In this document: in pieces, positions 41,169 through 52,192 of the stretch
How the letters are laid out: the number at the start of each line of letters is the position of its first letter
Position numbering within the stretch: position 1 is the first letter of the stretch
Assembly (NCBI GenBank): GCA_963668675.2
Contig: CAXXMB010000002.1
Span: 384,001 to 448,000, forward strand
DNA length: 64,000 nt
Source of the DNA: an uncultured Desulfatitalea sp.
GTDB taxonomy: Bacteria > Desulfobacterota > Desulfobacteria > Desulfobacterales > Desulfosarcinaceae
Direction: 5' to 3'
Program-made: the position numbers and the translations under genes
Notes under the pieces: model-generated
Seen by the model: only the letters and a program-made list of their open reading frames with translations
Told to the model about the DNA's origin: nothing
Databases searched by the model: none

Positions 41169-42331
41169 TCAAATACTTTGAACTTCCGTCCAGACTTTGC
41201 TCCATGCAATCCGCTCTTGTTCAAGACGAACATTGAATCCCCACTGGTTACGCTTTAGCCCGTAGTAAACGAATTGCTCATCATCTGTTAGATTTGAAAG
41301 TGCCTCGGCTGAATGTTGCTGTTTTTCTTCGACCCACAATTCTTTGTTACTGAGCAGGGTTTTTTGATTCATCAAAATTGATTTCAGGCGGGGTAAATAT
41401 GTTCGGGCACGATTCAGGATGGCGAAGCCATGCGTGTCGATGTCTCCCCAATAAATGCATGAAATATCATTGAGCCATTTGACTTGAGCCAGCTGATCTA
41501 CACCATACCCCAAACCCATAAACACAACCGCATTTGACAATTCATCAAAAGCCAATCCGGTCTGTAGGTTCTCGACGACGTAAACATATTGAACGGGAAA
41601 CGCGAGGTTAGCAATCTCTTCGATTGGGGCCGTTATGTCGCCCAGCCCACCGACATATTCCCGCAACAACGGATCGAGGATTCGCATCCGGACTAAGTGG
41701 GGGAAAGGACGCAACCCGCAAATCTGAAAAATATCCTTTCCCACGGGGTCCATTTCCCTAAGCGTTGCCACCAGGTCTGAGATCAGTCCGCGGCGATTTT
41801 CCATCCACTTGCTATCTATCCCGGTGATAGGCAATTGGCGGGGATAAAGATAAGTACACGGATGTTCATTCAGCCAAACCAGCAAAGATTCCAACCGCAT
41901 GAAATCCGCGTCGGGATAATCGGCAAGCACGTCGAAATGCCGCGTGAGCGTGTCAGTCAGGATAGGCCACCGACTACACAAGCGCTGAAACCGATCACGT
42001 GCTGAACGCCACCGGCTTGCTCCCCCAGCCATGCAGCCACATCGTCAGGTGATTGGAATAGCAGGCGTTCAAGCAGACGCTGTGTGCCTAAGTTGCGCCA
42101 GCGGCGTTCCTGCCATCCCAAGGTACCTATACCGTGCCACTGCCGCCATGCGTCTACCCAGGTTCGCACATAATCGATCTGCCGTTCAGCTTGACTCTCG
42201 CTAAGGTGACCCAGCGTGATCACCAGTGGCCACTCGCCTGCGCCTGCAATCCAACGCCGCTTATTTCTATTGTACTTTCCGTGAAGTATTTTGCTAACGG
42301 CATCAGGAAACAGCAATGATTTTGTCGTCAC
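41169..42331 (-). pseudogene. jetD: Wadjet JetD (DUF3322 + DUF2220 Toprim), frameshifted near 42015-42027
   Basis: Two overlapping ORFs (41957-42331, 41169-42032); YPRQL, DSKW, VVEN, YWGDIDTHG, RLEQE. Confidence 0.85.
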
Positions 42332-45300
42332 GAGCTTGCTCCGGTAAATTCAAGCGTTGTCGATCATCGTCATATTCGATCATGAGCACACCGGAACGCT
42401 GCCGGTCATTGATGTCCACAAAACATGCTCCGCCGATGAATGGCTCCAGCGTCATGACCGATTTCAATGGGGTGGCGACGATCATCTGAAATTTAAAACG
42501 CGTAAAGATGTTCATTGCCAGCGCCGTGAATTCATTGTCCGCCTTATCAAAGGCCTCATCCAGGATTACGGGGGCATAAGACGGAAAACCCTGGTCTCTG
42601 CCACCCAGCTGGTAGCGCAGGGCCGCAGCCAGACAGGTGGTCGCCAGTTTCTGGCGCTGGCCACCTGATTTTCCAACCCCGCTGCGGTATATCTCTATTT
42701 CGTCACCATTGGCATCCAATTCGCGCGCGATGAATTCGACATGCTGACGCACATCTAAAACCTTCTCGCGCCAGCGCCGTTGCTGCGGATCCTGATCGGC
42801 CAGACGTTCGACCAAGCGGCGCAGGATCGCAAACCTGCGCTCGGCCATATCACGGTCTTCGGTCCATGCATGCCCCAAAGCATCCTGTATCTCACGCTTA
42901 AAGTCCTGAACCTCCGGCAAATGACGGTCACCGACATCGATTCGCAAGAAACTACCCCGATTGAATTCGGCTAGCTGCAGCCCTTCATTTACCAATTCCA
43001 TGCGTTCGCGGATTTTATTACGCTCTTGTCGCAGATAGGTATTCAAAGAGGCGAGGTTCTGGTGACTCTGTTCTTTTAGCAGGTCGAAAAAACGCCTTTC
43101 ATGTCGAGGCAGACCGTCCATCTCCAGGCGCTTCAACTTCGCTAAAAAATCTCCGGCGCTCGCCAACTTCGCATCCAAACCCTCGGATTCCGCAGGCCAA
43201 TTCGAGATAAAACCGGCAAAACTGCGCTCGATCTCTCTTTCCAGTTGATTACGCTTTCCCATCAAGACCTTGAGTTCTTCGTTAAGCTGGCGTTCGACTT
43301 TGTTTGTCTGGGCGTCCAGATTTTCCAGCGTTGTCTGCTGCCCGAGCGCTCCGAAGCGAATGTCAAGTCCGTTTTGCTGCTCTTTAGTAAGCGTGCGCGG
43401 AGAGGAAGGATTCAATAAATCACTTAACTCGCCATTTCTCAATTGAATCTCTTTTTCCACCACCTTTATTTCGGCCCTAATCTCCTGCACCTCACCTTCT
43501 GCTTCCTTGAGATGAAGCCGCGCCTCATTAATACGACTCGTAATCTCCTGCAGTGCCTGATTGCCCCTGCGGATCCCTTCCAGTTGGTTTTCTATGGCGG
43601 TAATCCGTTCTATCAGCGGCGCGATATCGATCTCCTCCCACTGCAGGTTCACCAGGGTCTGGCAGTTCAGGGCACGTTCGGCCTGACGTTCCTCCTGCAT
43701 CTGCAGCGCCTCCAGTTCACGGTGATATGTGGCGATACGATCTGCCAACTCCTGGGCCTGCTTTTTGAACAACGCCAGTTTTTCCCGGTTGTCGAATCCG
43801 AGCACCCAGTAACGTCGGTCATCGATGCTGTGCCGGTCGTCCTTCTCATGCCGTGTTTTTCCGTGACGCACCAGCCCTTCACGGGTCAAGGCGCGCTCGT
43901 ATTTCCTTAAGCCTGCCACTGAATCCACGCAGATATAATCAAAACGATGGTTGATTTCGGAGCCAAGCCATTTTTGAAATGCACCCTCCTTCAATTTCAA
44001 TTTACCGGCCAACGAGTTGATCGAGACGGACTTGGAAGCGGCCGGGTTGATTCCGGCAACCCTGTAGTAGACCAATCGCTGCCCCAGTTGCATACGGTTA
44101 ACGCAACTGGAAACAGCTGCGTAGCGACGATCCTCGACCAGTATCGAAAGGGCGAACCCGTGCAGTACACGCTCGATCGCTCCACGCCATTCAGCCTCTT
44201 GCGGCATTACTTCGATGAGTTCGCCGGCAAATGGCAGCACTTCTTCGCCGAGACCAATCTGTGCGGCGATTTTGCGGCGAAGTTCGAGCATGTATCCCGG
44301 TATATTAGAAGGCTGGCGCTCGAGCGAGGCCACCTCCCGGGCGGTTTCCTGAAACTCTTTTTCAGCCGTATCGCAAGCTACGGTCAAGCGATCGTGCTGT
44401 GTCCGGGCATCTATCGTTTGCGCCTGACGCGCTTCGAGTTCACGCCGTGCTTTGTCCCGCAACTCGGAAAAGGCCATCGGCGTATCAGCCGGCGTCCATT
44501 CCAAGTGCCTGCAGGCCTCCCGAGCCTGCTCCTGCTTGGCCGACCGGCGGGCTCGCTCTTTTTCGCGTTCTCTTTTTTCGTTCGCCAGCCGATCGATCTC
44601 ATCCCCGCCCAATTGGAGATGCTGGTCCTTCAGGTCCTGCAATGCCCTTCTCTGGTGATCCGCCACTGATTCACGCTGTGTTGCTTTGGCGGTCAGCCCT
44701 TCTACCTGCACCCCGAGAGCGTTGATACGATGTTCCAGCAATGATGTCCGCAACCGGTCCCGGTATGCGTCAATCCCCAAGCACAGTCCGTCTACTTCTT
44801 CGTGTTCCACATGGACTTGCTGCAGTCGTTGGTGATTCTCTCTTGCAGGCGCCAGGGTCTGTACCTGCTCCCGTGCTGTGACCACGGCCTGGTGGGCCTC
44901 TTTCAATTCAGCAAACTCGCCGACCAAGGTATCCGCCACTTCGAATGTCTTGGGTGTGTCAAGCATGAAATCGCGCAGGAATGTATTCAGGTCCCCCAGA
45001 CTTTTTGCTGATTGGGTTTTATGGAGCAAGCGCAGGGCCAATTCACTCTCAATGTGCAGCAAACGGCGAAATCGTTCGCAGTATGGGTTGAAATTGTTGA
45101 AAAAGGCCCCGTCGGTAAGTTTACGTTTTAATTGACGCAAATCGAGATTGAAATCCTGCAGCTCCTCCAAATCGAAAGGTCGCTCGAAAATGAGAAAGTG
45201 GCGCCGGACATCTCGAGCGATGGTCGCCTTGCCTCGCAACCAAAACAGCCCGACCAAAGACACCGTGCGGCCGTCCGTGTCACGGAACGTCAATGCCAGG

Positions 45301-45659
45301 GCCGACCAGGTGGAACCGGTTCGCAGGAAGCGTGCGGCAATCTCCCCGGTGGTCTCATCTTTTTGTTCGGACCAGGCGCCGCGTATGTAAGTAGCCCAGT
45401 TGCGATCCCGGCCCCTATGAGTCGCATCCCGCGCCGCGGCATTGAAATCGATCCAGCGCGGCGGGATGAGCAATGCGGATATGGCATCCAGCAACGTGGT
45501 CTTGCCCGACCCCGAACGCCCCACGAAGAGAAAGCCGCGCTCTGAAACCGGTATGTCGTGCAACCCGTCGAAAGTCCCCCAATTGAATACCTGCAGTCGG
45601 ACAATGCGAAACTGCTCATGCGTCGGGAACAATTCAATCTGTTCACTCACGGGATTCAT
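42303..45659 (-). CDS. jetC: Wadjet JetC SMC-like ATPase
   Basis: NWGTF, GRSGSGKTT, coiled coils, HEKDDR, KSGGQ, LDEAF. Confidence 0.93.
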   Translation of the reverse strand: MNPVSEQIELFPTHEQFRIVRLQVFNWGTFDGLHDIPVSERGFLFVGRSGSGKTTLLDAISALLIPPRWIDFNAAARDATHRGRDRNWATYIRGAWSEQKDETTGEIAARFLRTGSTWSALALTFRDTDGRTVSLVGLFWLRGKATIARDVRRHFLIFERPFDLEELQDFNLDLRQLKRKLTDGAFFNNFNPYCERFRRLLHIESELALRLLHKTQSAKSLGDLNTFLRDFMLDTPKTFEVADTLVGEFAELKEAHQAVVTAREQVQTLAPARENHQRLQQVHVEHEEVDGLCLGIDAYRDRLRTSLLEHRINALGVQVEGLTAKATQRESVADHQRRALQDLKDQHLQLGGDEIDRLANEKREREKERARRSAKQEQAREACRHLEWTPADTPMAFSELRDKARRELEARQAQTIDARTQHDRLTVACDTAEKEFQETAREVASLERQPSNIPGYMLELRRKIAAQIGLGEEVLPFAGELIEVMPQEAEWRGAIERVLHGFALSILVEDRRYAAVSSCVNRMQLGQRLVYYRVAGINPAASKSVSINSLAGKLKLKEGAFQKWLGSEINHRFDYICVDSVAGLRKYERALTREGLVRHGKTRHEKDDRHSIDDRRYWVLGFDNREKLALFKKQAQELADRIATYHRELEALQMQEERQAERALNCQTLVNLQWEEIDIAPLIERITAIENQLEGIRRGNQALQEITSRINEARLHLKEAEGEVQEIRAEIKVVEKEIQLRNGELSDLLNPSSPRTLTKEQQNGLDIRFGALGQQTTLENLDAQTNKVERQLNEELKVLMGKRNQLEREIERSFAGFISNWPAESEGLDAKLASAGDFLAKLKRLEMDGLPRHERRFFDLLKEQSHQNLASLNTYLRQERNKIRERMELVNEGLQLAEFNRGSFLRIDVGDRHLPEVQDFKREIQDALGHAWTEDRDMAERRFAILRRLVERLADQDPQQRRWREKVLDVRQHVEFIARELDANGDEIEIYRSGVGKSGGQRQKLATTCLAAALRYQLGGRDQGFPSYAPVILDEAFDKADNEFTALAMNIFTRFKFQMIVATPLKSVMTLEPFIGGACFVDINDRQRSGVLMIEYDDDRQRLNLPEQARDDKIIAVS

Positions 45660-46363
45660 TCTTCCGGCTCCTCTTCATCCTCATGGTCGGCTGCGGTGCG
45701 CGATGTCGTATCCGCTCCCAGTGCCTGATATTGTTCCGTAAGGGCCACAATTTGCTCGGCCGAAAAAAGGAGTTTCAACGTCGGTGATATTTCATAGCGG
45801 TCTTCACTGCCCCTGACCTTTTGCAGGATGCTGTTCTTTTTCATTTTCTCGATAGAGGCTCGAATTTTCTTTTCAAAACCGGCGTGGTCGGTGCTGACAG
45901 TCCGCTCAAAAGGGGCCGCATGTTCGACGATTTCAAAAGCATCGACGACTGCCCGCTCTCCCCGAACATCGGCTTGCGTCAACCGTTGGCGTAAAAAAAG
46001 CAGGATTACTGAATCGATAAAGGTAAGCGGAGAGCGACGTAGCAGAATCGGTGCTTCGAGTTCGCCGACATCCGCCTGGCGCGTGAAGGCCACCTGCTGA
46101 TCCGTGTCTATCACCAGATCCAGAAACAGGTCAGCGAGGCGGTTGCGTATTATTTCTTCATCACGTGCCAACACGGGCCAGAGCCTTGAATGTCGCCTGC
46201 CGTCCAGAGATGGGCCCGAGAGCAATTGAACCATGACCCTTCGGGTTTCCATGGCCAGTTGTCCTTTGTCACCGAGGTAGAGCGCTCCGACGTCCTCGCC
46301 TTCGGATGATGGGGGTTCCAATACGTCGAGGGGGATCGTCTCAGATGGTTCAGATGAGCTCAT
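45656..46363 (-). CDS. jetB: Wadjet JetB (DUF4194)
   Basis: LFLDLVID, LTFIDS.ILL.LR, ISPTLKLLF; position in operon. Confidence 0.9.
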   Translation of the reverse strand: MSSSEPSETIPLDVLEPPSSEGEDVGALYLGDKGQLAMETRRVMVQLLSGPSLDGRRHSRLWPVLARDEEIIRNRLADLFLDLVIDTDQQVAFTRQADVGELEAPILLRRSPLTFIDSVILLFLRQRLTQADVRGERAVVDAFEIVEHAAPFERTVSTDHAGFEKKIRASIEKMKKNSILQKVRGSEDRYEISPTLKLLFSAEQIVALTEQYQALGADTTSRTAADHEDEEEPEE

Positions 46364-47813
46364 CGACTTGCTCCTTGAGAAAATAGATCAGTGGGATTCG
46401 CGCAGTGCGGTGTTGCATGTCCTCACCGCGCCAACTGACCGATTCACTGCGATCCGTTATCACTTGCCCATGGCGACTGCCCAAAGCCACATATCCAACG
46501 ATGCTGCCAAGGCCTTGAGCAGCGGGGAAGGTTCGCAGGACTTTCCCGATGCAAACCTGGGAGTGCTGCGATAGACAAGCACGGATGTTGTCTGCAAGTT
46601 TCCTGAAATCGATTTCCGACTGCATGACCAAGGCCGCAACCGAATCAAGGCCTATTTGCGCCGCATCGCCGGCAGCCATGCCTTTTTCAATCGTATTCTC
46701 GGATGGATCCAGCAGAACCCATTGAGAAACCGACCGAATTTGGCTGCTAGTCAACTGCAAATGAGATTCCAGCTTATCAGTGGCCTTGATCTCATCCTTG
46801 AGCGCCAAAGCACTCTGCTGGGCTCCCGATATCAGTTGGTTGATCCGCCGCTGCTCCAAATATTCACGGCTCTGTACGAACTGCTTCAAGCTGCGGGCGA
46901 ACTGCTGTAAAACCTCATGCACCGCGCCGCCCTGGTCTAAAAGCGTCTGGAGCAAGCGCATCAAAAACCGACGCTCCTGGGTAGCCAGCCGTTTGCTGAA
47001 TGCCCGTCCGAATATCTCTTCGATCGCCTCTTCCAAAGCAGCATTTTGCTCCGGATCGGTCAGCAAACGCCAAAAAGCGTGAAAGGTTCTTCCGGACTCA
47101 CTTTGCGATATGACATCAATGCCGGCGAAGAGCTTCTCCAGCACCTCTCCACGACTTCCGCTGTCATCCATTATCCTTTCGCGCAAATCACGGTTCAAAT
47201 GCTCAAAATTGTCGCGCACGCTGTGAAAATCCGATATCAATTCACCCGATAGAGAGATAATTTCCCGGACCCGCTCCAGGGCCTGTTCATCCTCCAAGGT
47301 TTTGAGATGCCCCCTGCTCAACTCATCTATCGAGCGATCAATCCGCTTGCGCTCAGCCATCAGGCTCGCCATCCGACTCTGCGGATCGGTATCGGTCTCC
47401 TCGATGAGACGCACCAAATGCTGGATAACCGTTGACAGCCGGCTTCCGGTTACGGCCGTCCGGGGTTCCACCACCCCCCCAATCAGATGGATTGCCTTTG
47501 CTGCCGGTGCGGAAAGCTCATATTCTTCTTCAGCAGCACCTGCCGGGAAACGACGGATCAGCCAGCCTTTGGCCAGCCAATCGGCCACATACCCTTGGGC
47601 CGTCTGAGGTAACACGTCCCCCCGTGAGCGCAACTGCTCCAAATCGTTTTCCAGTCGCTCAAAAAGGATAGATGCCGGCAGTTTCTGGTTACCCTCCATC
47701 AAATTGTGTTGTAGCAGCGCGATAACCATCGGTGCGCTGTCGGCAGCCAATAAGCGCCATAGCGGCTCATCTCTCAAACGCCGATAGGTGGCAACGGCCT
47801 GGTTGAGTTTCAT
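46350..47813 (-). CDS. jetA: Wadjet JetA (DUF3375)
   Basis: WRLLAAD, W..KGWL.R, SRLSTV, S.SGRTF.AF, QGLGSIVGY. Confidence 0.9.
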   Translation of the reverse strand: MKLNQAVATYRRLRDEPLWRLLAADSAPMVIALLQHNLMEGNQKLPASILFERLENDLEQLRSRGDVLPQTAQGYVADWLAKGWLIRRFPAGAAEEEYELSAPAAKAIHLIGGVVEPRTAVTGSRLSTVIQHLVRLIEETDTDPQSRMASLMAERKRIDRSIDELSRGHLKTLEDEQALERVREIISLSGELISDFHSVRDNFEHLNRDLRERIMDDSGSRGEVLEKLFAGIDVISQSESGRTFHAFWRLLTDPEQNAALEEAIEEIFGRAFSKRLATQERRFLMRLLQTLLDQGGAVHEVLQQFARSLKQFVQSREYLEQRRINQLISGAQQSALALKDEIKATDKLESHLQLTSSQIRSVSQWVLLDPSENTIEKGMAAGDAAQIGLDSVAALVMQSEIDFRKLADNIRACLSQHSQVCIGKVLRTFPAAQGLGSIVGYVALGSRHGQVITDRSESVSWRGEDMQHRTARIPLIYFLKEQVDELI

Positions 47814-47880
47814 GGCGTTTGACTCATCAAACTAACGGGAGCCCTTTGGAGGTGGTGTGTAGACATCTTTTATCCTCCAT

Positions 47881-48693
47881 CTATATTTCGGACAGCTCAT
47901 GTGCGCAGGAGTATGGGATTAACGCCCCTGTTTCTGTTTCCTTCCAGATCTTCTCCCGATGGGCAGCATCAAAAACCATCTGCTCCTCCGGGAATGCCTC
48001 TGCGATCTGTCTCACAATCCTCATCTCATCATCGGACAACGGTTCTGCTTCGCTCTCATCCAATGCTTTGATCGGATCAATCAGATCCTTGTAGTTGTTG
48101 AGCTGAGGCCCGTATGTGATGGCGGCATAGGATGCACCGGTTAAACTTCTTCCAGTCTGCCTGAAGCACAAAAAATCCGCATACCAAAGATATTTGGCGA
48201 GATATAAAAATTTATCACCCTTCTTGAGCAATTTTTTGCCGAGCAACGCTTCCAACTGACGCGTTATCAACTTGATGCGCGGCAAGGAAATTTCACGATT
48301 CCCGGAATAGTTATCCGCCTGTATCCTGCACTGAAGCTGCATACGAAGCGCATGGTCCATGGAAGCGCTCTGAACCGTACCGGTTTCCCATCGTTTAATG
48401 CTCGCGATGCCGATGTTCATGATTTCAGCCAGCTGTTGCTGGGTCAGCCGGCGCGACTTCCTCAGCGATCTAATTTCTTCGCTGGTCAGCATTCCCTTCC
48501 GTGCACGGTAGGCATCGGCTATGGCCAACTGCAAAGCCCCGGCAGTCTGCATCGTCCCGGCCTCAATACCGCACACTGGGCACACATAGGCATCTGCATC
48601 GACCTCTATATCAACCCCCTTAAAGGTCAACGCCTTTTTAATCGTCTTTCGTACTATGCCCCCATGGCCTCTGGGGCAACTGAGCGTTTTCAT
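47881..48693 (-). CDS. Antitoxin: MqsA-type Zn ribbon + HTH_3 + Panacea (DUF4065/SocA) domain
   Basis: CPRGH..CPVCG; EIRSLRK..LTQQQLA..SIKRWETG; KYLWYAD..TG..Y..YGP. Confidence 0.8.
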   Translation of the reverse strand: MKTLSCPRGHGGIVRKTIKKALTFKGVDIEVDADAYVCPVCGIEAGTMQTAGALQLAIADAYRARKGMLTSEEIRSLRKSRRLTQQQLAEIMNIGIASIKRWETGTVQSASMDHALRMQLQCRIQADNYSGNREISLPRIKLITRQLEALLGKKLLKKGDKFLYLAKYLWYADFLCFRQTGRSLTGASYAAITYGPQLNNYKDLIDPIKALDESEAEPLSDDEMRIVRQIAEAFPEEQMVFDAAHREKIWKETETGALIPYSCAHELSEI

Positions 48694-49061
48694 GGCTCCT
48701 CCTTTACCGGCCGGCCCTGGTGAAGCGACACCAGCCAAAACGTCTCTCCCACCATCGCAAACTTGAAATAGACCCGGCATCTGAACCTGATGCTTTCCAC
48801 TGTGAATGCAAAAAGTTCCAACCCATTGATATCCTGCTCGTATGATCGTTGTGGGGGCCTTGAGCCGGTGTAGTCGGCAGGCGTGGCGGCCTTGAGCAAC
48901 CCCACAAGCACTTCTCCAAGTTCTGTACCTATACTGTAATCCAACTCAATAGCATCGGCAGCCAGTGATACTTGATTGAGGAGCGCAACACGCCCTTCCC
49001 CAACGGCCTGCCGAGCCGACCGCAACTTACCATACAACTCTTTATGCGATGGTCTGTTCAT
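48690..49061 (-). CDS. Putative toxin (MqsR/RelE-like by position and C-terminal YFKF..LVSLH)
   Basis: ATGA overlap with the antitoxin; 123 aa. Confidence 0.6.
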   Translation of the reverse strand: MNRPSHKELYGKLRSARQAVGEGRVALLNQVSLAADAIELDYSIGTELGEVLVGLLKAATPADYTGSRPPQRSYEQDINGLELFAFTVESIRFRCRVYFKFAMVGETFWLVSLHQGRPVKEEP

Positions 49062-49072
49062 GACATGATATG

Positions 49073-49094
49073 GTATCAATTGATACTTTGTCAA
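49073..49094 (-). promoter_or_regulatory. TA operator GTATCAATTGATAC next to a TTGACA -35 box
   Basis: Perfect 14-bp palindrome 49073-49086; TTGACA at 49094-49089. Confidence 0.6.
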
Positions 49095-49367
49095 GGAATT
49101 AAGAATTGGATAAAAGAAAATAAGAAAACATAAATTTGATTTATATACGGTATGTTATAATTTTTTATATGGAACGACTCCTTAACTGCGAATGCTCAAT
49201 TTTCTTGAATTTCACCGGGCTTTTTATAGACCACATGCATAGCTATTCGAAACATTGAGAAGAAAGGCCTTAAAACCCGCTTATAAAACCGACAATATTG
49301 ATATTAATAATAATGGATTTAATCCAGAACCATATCCACAATTTTCTGATTAAGGTTCCGAGCCAAG

Positions 49368-49570
49368 CTAACCATATGATGTTTCAGAAATAATTTTGAG
49401 TTTTGAAATTCCCTCAAAATCCTTGAGGTTTTGCGCAACCAAGGCCACCCCGTGGCGCACGACGCATGCGGCTATCCAGCCGCTGTTGTAGGAAATCGGC
49501 TTTCCTTGCTTTTCTCGTTCAACCAGCACACGTCCATAGTCTTTGGATATTTCGAAATCATACGGCGACC
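49368..49570 (-). pseudogene. VapC/PIN toxin C-terminal remnant
   Basis: YG..L.E..KQGKPISYNSGWIAA..LVAQNLKDFEGI; N-terminal half missing and acidic sites degenerate. Confidence 0.7.
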
Positions 49571-49699
49571 AGGATTTGGGAAAATATAAAAAGGGCCTCA
49601 CGCTAATCAGCAAAATAGAATTTAAACAATTATAATGCGGCCCCACTCCACTTCTATTCTGTTCTCTTAGGGTATACCATCTCTTGGATTTGTTTTCAT

Positions 49700-52147
49700 T
49701 TATGTCAATATGGCAACCAATTCTGCTATCACTTTTAATTTTTCTGATTGTTCTTTTGAAAGTTCAATTGGTTGAAAATCTGGAAATGTTGAATCTGGCT
49801 TGAGGATTACTCTTTCATGCCTCCAGCTTTCATCCAATTCCTTTCTTTTCTCACTCTCATAAATCTTGACCGTATATTGACCCCCAGATTCGACATCATA
49901 AATATCATGGTGCTGAACCAAAACGACTTTCCCCTGACGAGTCCCCGATGGGAACAACCTGAAAAGACACCATGCACCATTAGGAATTCGTCGGTTCATA
50001 GATTCGCCTACGACCTGCGCAACAAAAAGGTCCTTACTGTGCCTAAATGCGCCAGGAAGTTGCACCCAAGTCATGTCTTCAAGATTTTCTGAAATGTATT
50101 GTTCATCAGAAAAAGTACCGGCTGCAATTTTTAGATCGTATAGAGGTATACAATTCTCATATGGCCTAATTTCTTCATGCTGTAAAATTTTAAGTTTTAG
50201 TCCTGGATACTGCTCTGCTATTAATTCTTCTTGATCAATAGACGCATCTTCGTTCTGTTCTGATTTATTGTTTTCATGAGATATTACCTGGGACAAGTCT
50301 GAAAAATATGCATTAGTCTCCGGATCGGTGCAATAAATATAACAGCCATTTTGGCCTCTTGACATTAATGTCCTGTATGTATTTTTAATAATAGTCTCTG
50401 CCTTAAGAATTGCGGCTTCACGATTTTCTTTTAATGCTTTCTTATAGCCTTTAAGCGACTGATCAGTTTTTGCCCGCTCATCTGATTGAACTATCAATTT
50501 GCCATTTCTGACAACAATGTCAGGACCAATAATAACACCTATATAGTCCACTTCTAATCCTTGGCAAGTATGTATGCAGCCAATTTCATTTACAGACTCT
50601 GATTTCCTAATCCAAAGACTTCCATCTATCTTGAGATTCCATTGGGCCGCGAAATCATGTTCACCAATGACAATGTCCTTTTCCGTTTTGTTTTCTGGTT
50701 TCTGGCTTATCCAGTCCCAACAATAACCAGCCACTAATCTGGCTTTATTGTATATTTTATTCTTACTTTTAATAGCCTCCATTAATTTATTAGGTGAATC
50801 GAAAACCCGAAAGTCATAGTTAATGCATCCCAAGGTTTCATTAGCGGTTTCTCTCATTTGCAAAACATTATCAAGCCAAGATAGATATCCATCTGAGCCA
50901 TTACATCTAAATTGGGAATGAAGCTTCATCCTGTGAATAGTTGCCCCAAGGGTGCTTGACCATTTTTCAATTTCTTCAATTTTTCCAATATCTTTCCATG
51001 TGACTCGCTGGTCTTCATCTATGAAAAATATGCTACATTTGGCCGCCTGAATGATTTCCTTTATCTGGTTCTCACCCATGTTTTGGAACATGCCTGATTT
51101 CTCATTGAGGCGGTGGGCTTCATCTACGACTAAAGCATCGAATATATTTGGATCACAATTTGTATAGGCACCTGAACCTCGAAAAAGGTTAGAAATATGA
51201 CTTTTGGTATATGAACCGGTCAAGACACTTTCATAGACTGCTCTTGGCGCAGCATTCTTCGTTACATATTGCGTGACAAACCTCTTGTTGGTCAACGCTA
51301 CAAGAAGATTAATGGCAACCACTGACTTACCCGTGCCAGGCCCACCCTCGACTATTAAGACTCGTTTGTCTTCAATGGTTGATATTTCTGATAGGTTTAA
51401 TGCTGTTTCATATACCAATTTCTGATCGTCAATCATGAAGAATTCTTCATTGCCTTGGAGCATGGACAAGAGCGCATCAGCCAGATTCTTGGATGGTCTT
51501 ATCTTGCCTTTATCAATTTCATACATGACCTTCCCGGCATCACCATGATGAATGAACTGCTTGATAAAGGTTGAAAGTTTCTCGGTGTCCTTTCTGATGA
51601 AGGATGGCGCTCTTTGAAGGTAACGATTATAGCGAAAAGCCTTAATGACACCCTCTGATTCCATATTATGAAGATATGCACATGGTTTTAGTGATATGTG
51701 CTGTTCTTGAACTGTTTCATTGAAATCTTCGAGGAGTGCTGCATATGACCAAGCTTGATAAGATGGATGATTTACTTCTCTCTCTGCCCCATTTATAAAT
51801 GTTTTTACTATGGCATCTTTATCCGTTAGTTTAGCCTCTGACCATTGTTTTAGCTCTACAATGACTGCGTTACGCTGTCTTTTTTCATTAGTCCCGGTAA
51901 GAATCACATCAATTCGCTTCGAGGTTTGTGGTATCCTATATTCTATTGCCACTCCTGTATTATCAGGGATGCCGTCATCTTCAAGTACGTTGCTCATATA
52001 CATCATGGAGTTTTTCCACGAGGCTATTTCAGACTTGCTGGTGGAGTGCCCAAGATTCCGTTTATATGCCCTTAGTATTGCCCTTTCGATCCTATTATAG
52101 CGAACATCTTGTCGAAACTCTGATTTGGTAGAAGCATATACAATCAT
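49700..52147 (-). CDS. DUF2075 nuclease-helicase fused to a C-terminal S24 (LexA-type) peptidase domain
   Basis: IEY..RIDV..VELKQW; GGPGTGKS; VVDEAHR; QFR; HTCQGLE; IPLYDLKIAAG, GESM, TVK. Confidence 0.85.
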   Translation of the reverse strand: MIVYASTKSEFRQDVRYNRIERAILRAYKRNLGHSTSKSEIASWKNSMMYMSNVLEDDGIPDNTGVAIEYRIPQTSKRIDVILTGTNEKRQRNAVIVELKQWSEAKLTDKDAIVKTFINGAEREVNHPSYQAWSYAALLEDFNETVQEQHISLKPCAYLHNMESEGVIKAFRYNRYLQRAPSFIRKDTEKLSTFIKQFIHHGDAGKVMYEIDKGKIRPSKNLADALLSMLQGNEEFFMIDDQKLVYETALNLSEISTIEDKRVLIVEGGPGTGKSVVAINLLVALTNKRFVTQYVTKNAAPRAVYESVLTGSYTKSHISNLFRGSGAYTNCDPNIFDALVVDEAHRLNEKSGMFQNMGENQIKEIIQAAKCSIFFIDEDQRVTWKDIGKIEEIEKWSSTLGATIHRMKLHSQFRCNGSDGYLSWLDNVLQMRETANETLGCINYDFRVFDSPNKLMEAIKSKNKIYNKARLVAGYCWDWISQKPENKTEKDIVIGEHDFAAQWNLKIDGSLWIRKSESVNEIGCIHTCQGLEVDYIGVIIGPDIVVRNGKLIVQSDERAKTDQSLKGYKKALKENREAAILKAETIIKNTYRTLMSRGQNGCYIYCTDPETNAYFSDLSQVISHENNKSEQNEDASIDQEELIAEQYPGLKLKILQHEEIRPYENCIPLYDLKIAAGTFSDEQYISENLEDMTWVQLPGAFRHSKDLFVAQVVGESMNRRIPNGAWCLFRLFPSGTRQGKVVLVQHHDIYDVESGGQYTVKIYESEKRKELDESWRHERVILKPDSTFPDFQPIELSKEQSEKLKVIAELVAILT

Positions 52148-52192
52148 TTATCAAATTCCATGTCAGTATTGGTTTCGTCTATCAAGCCTATT

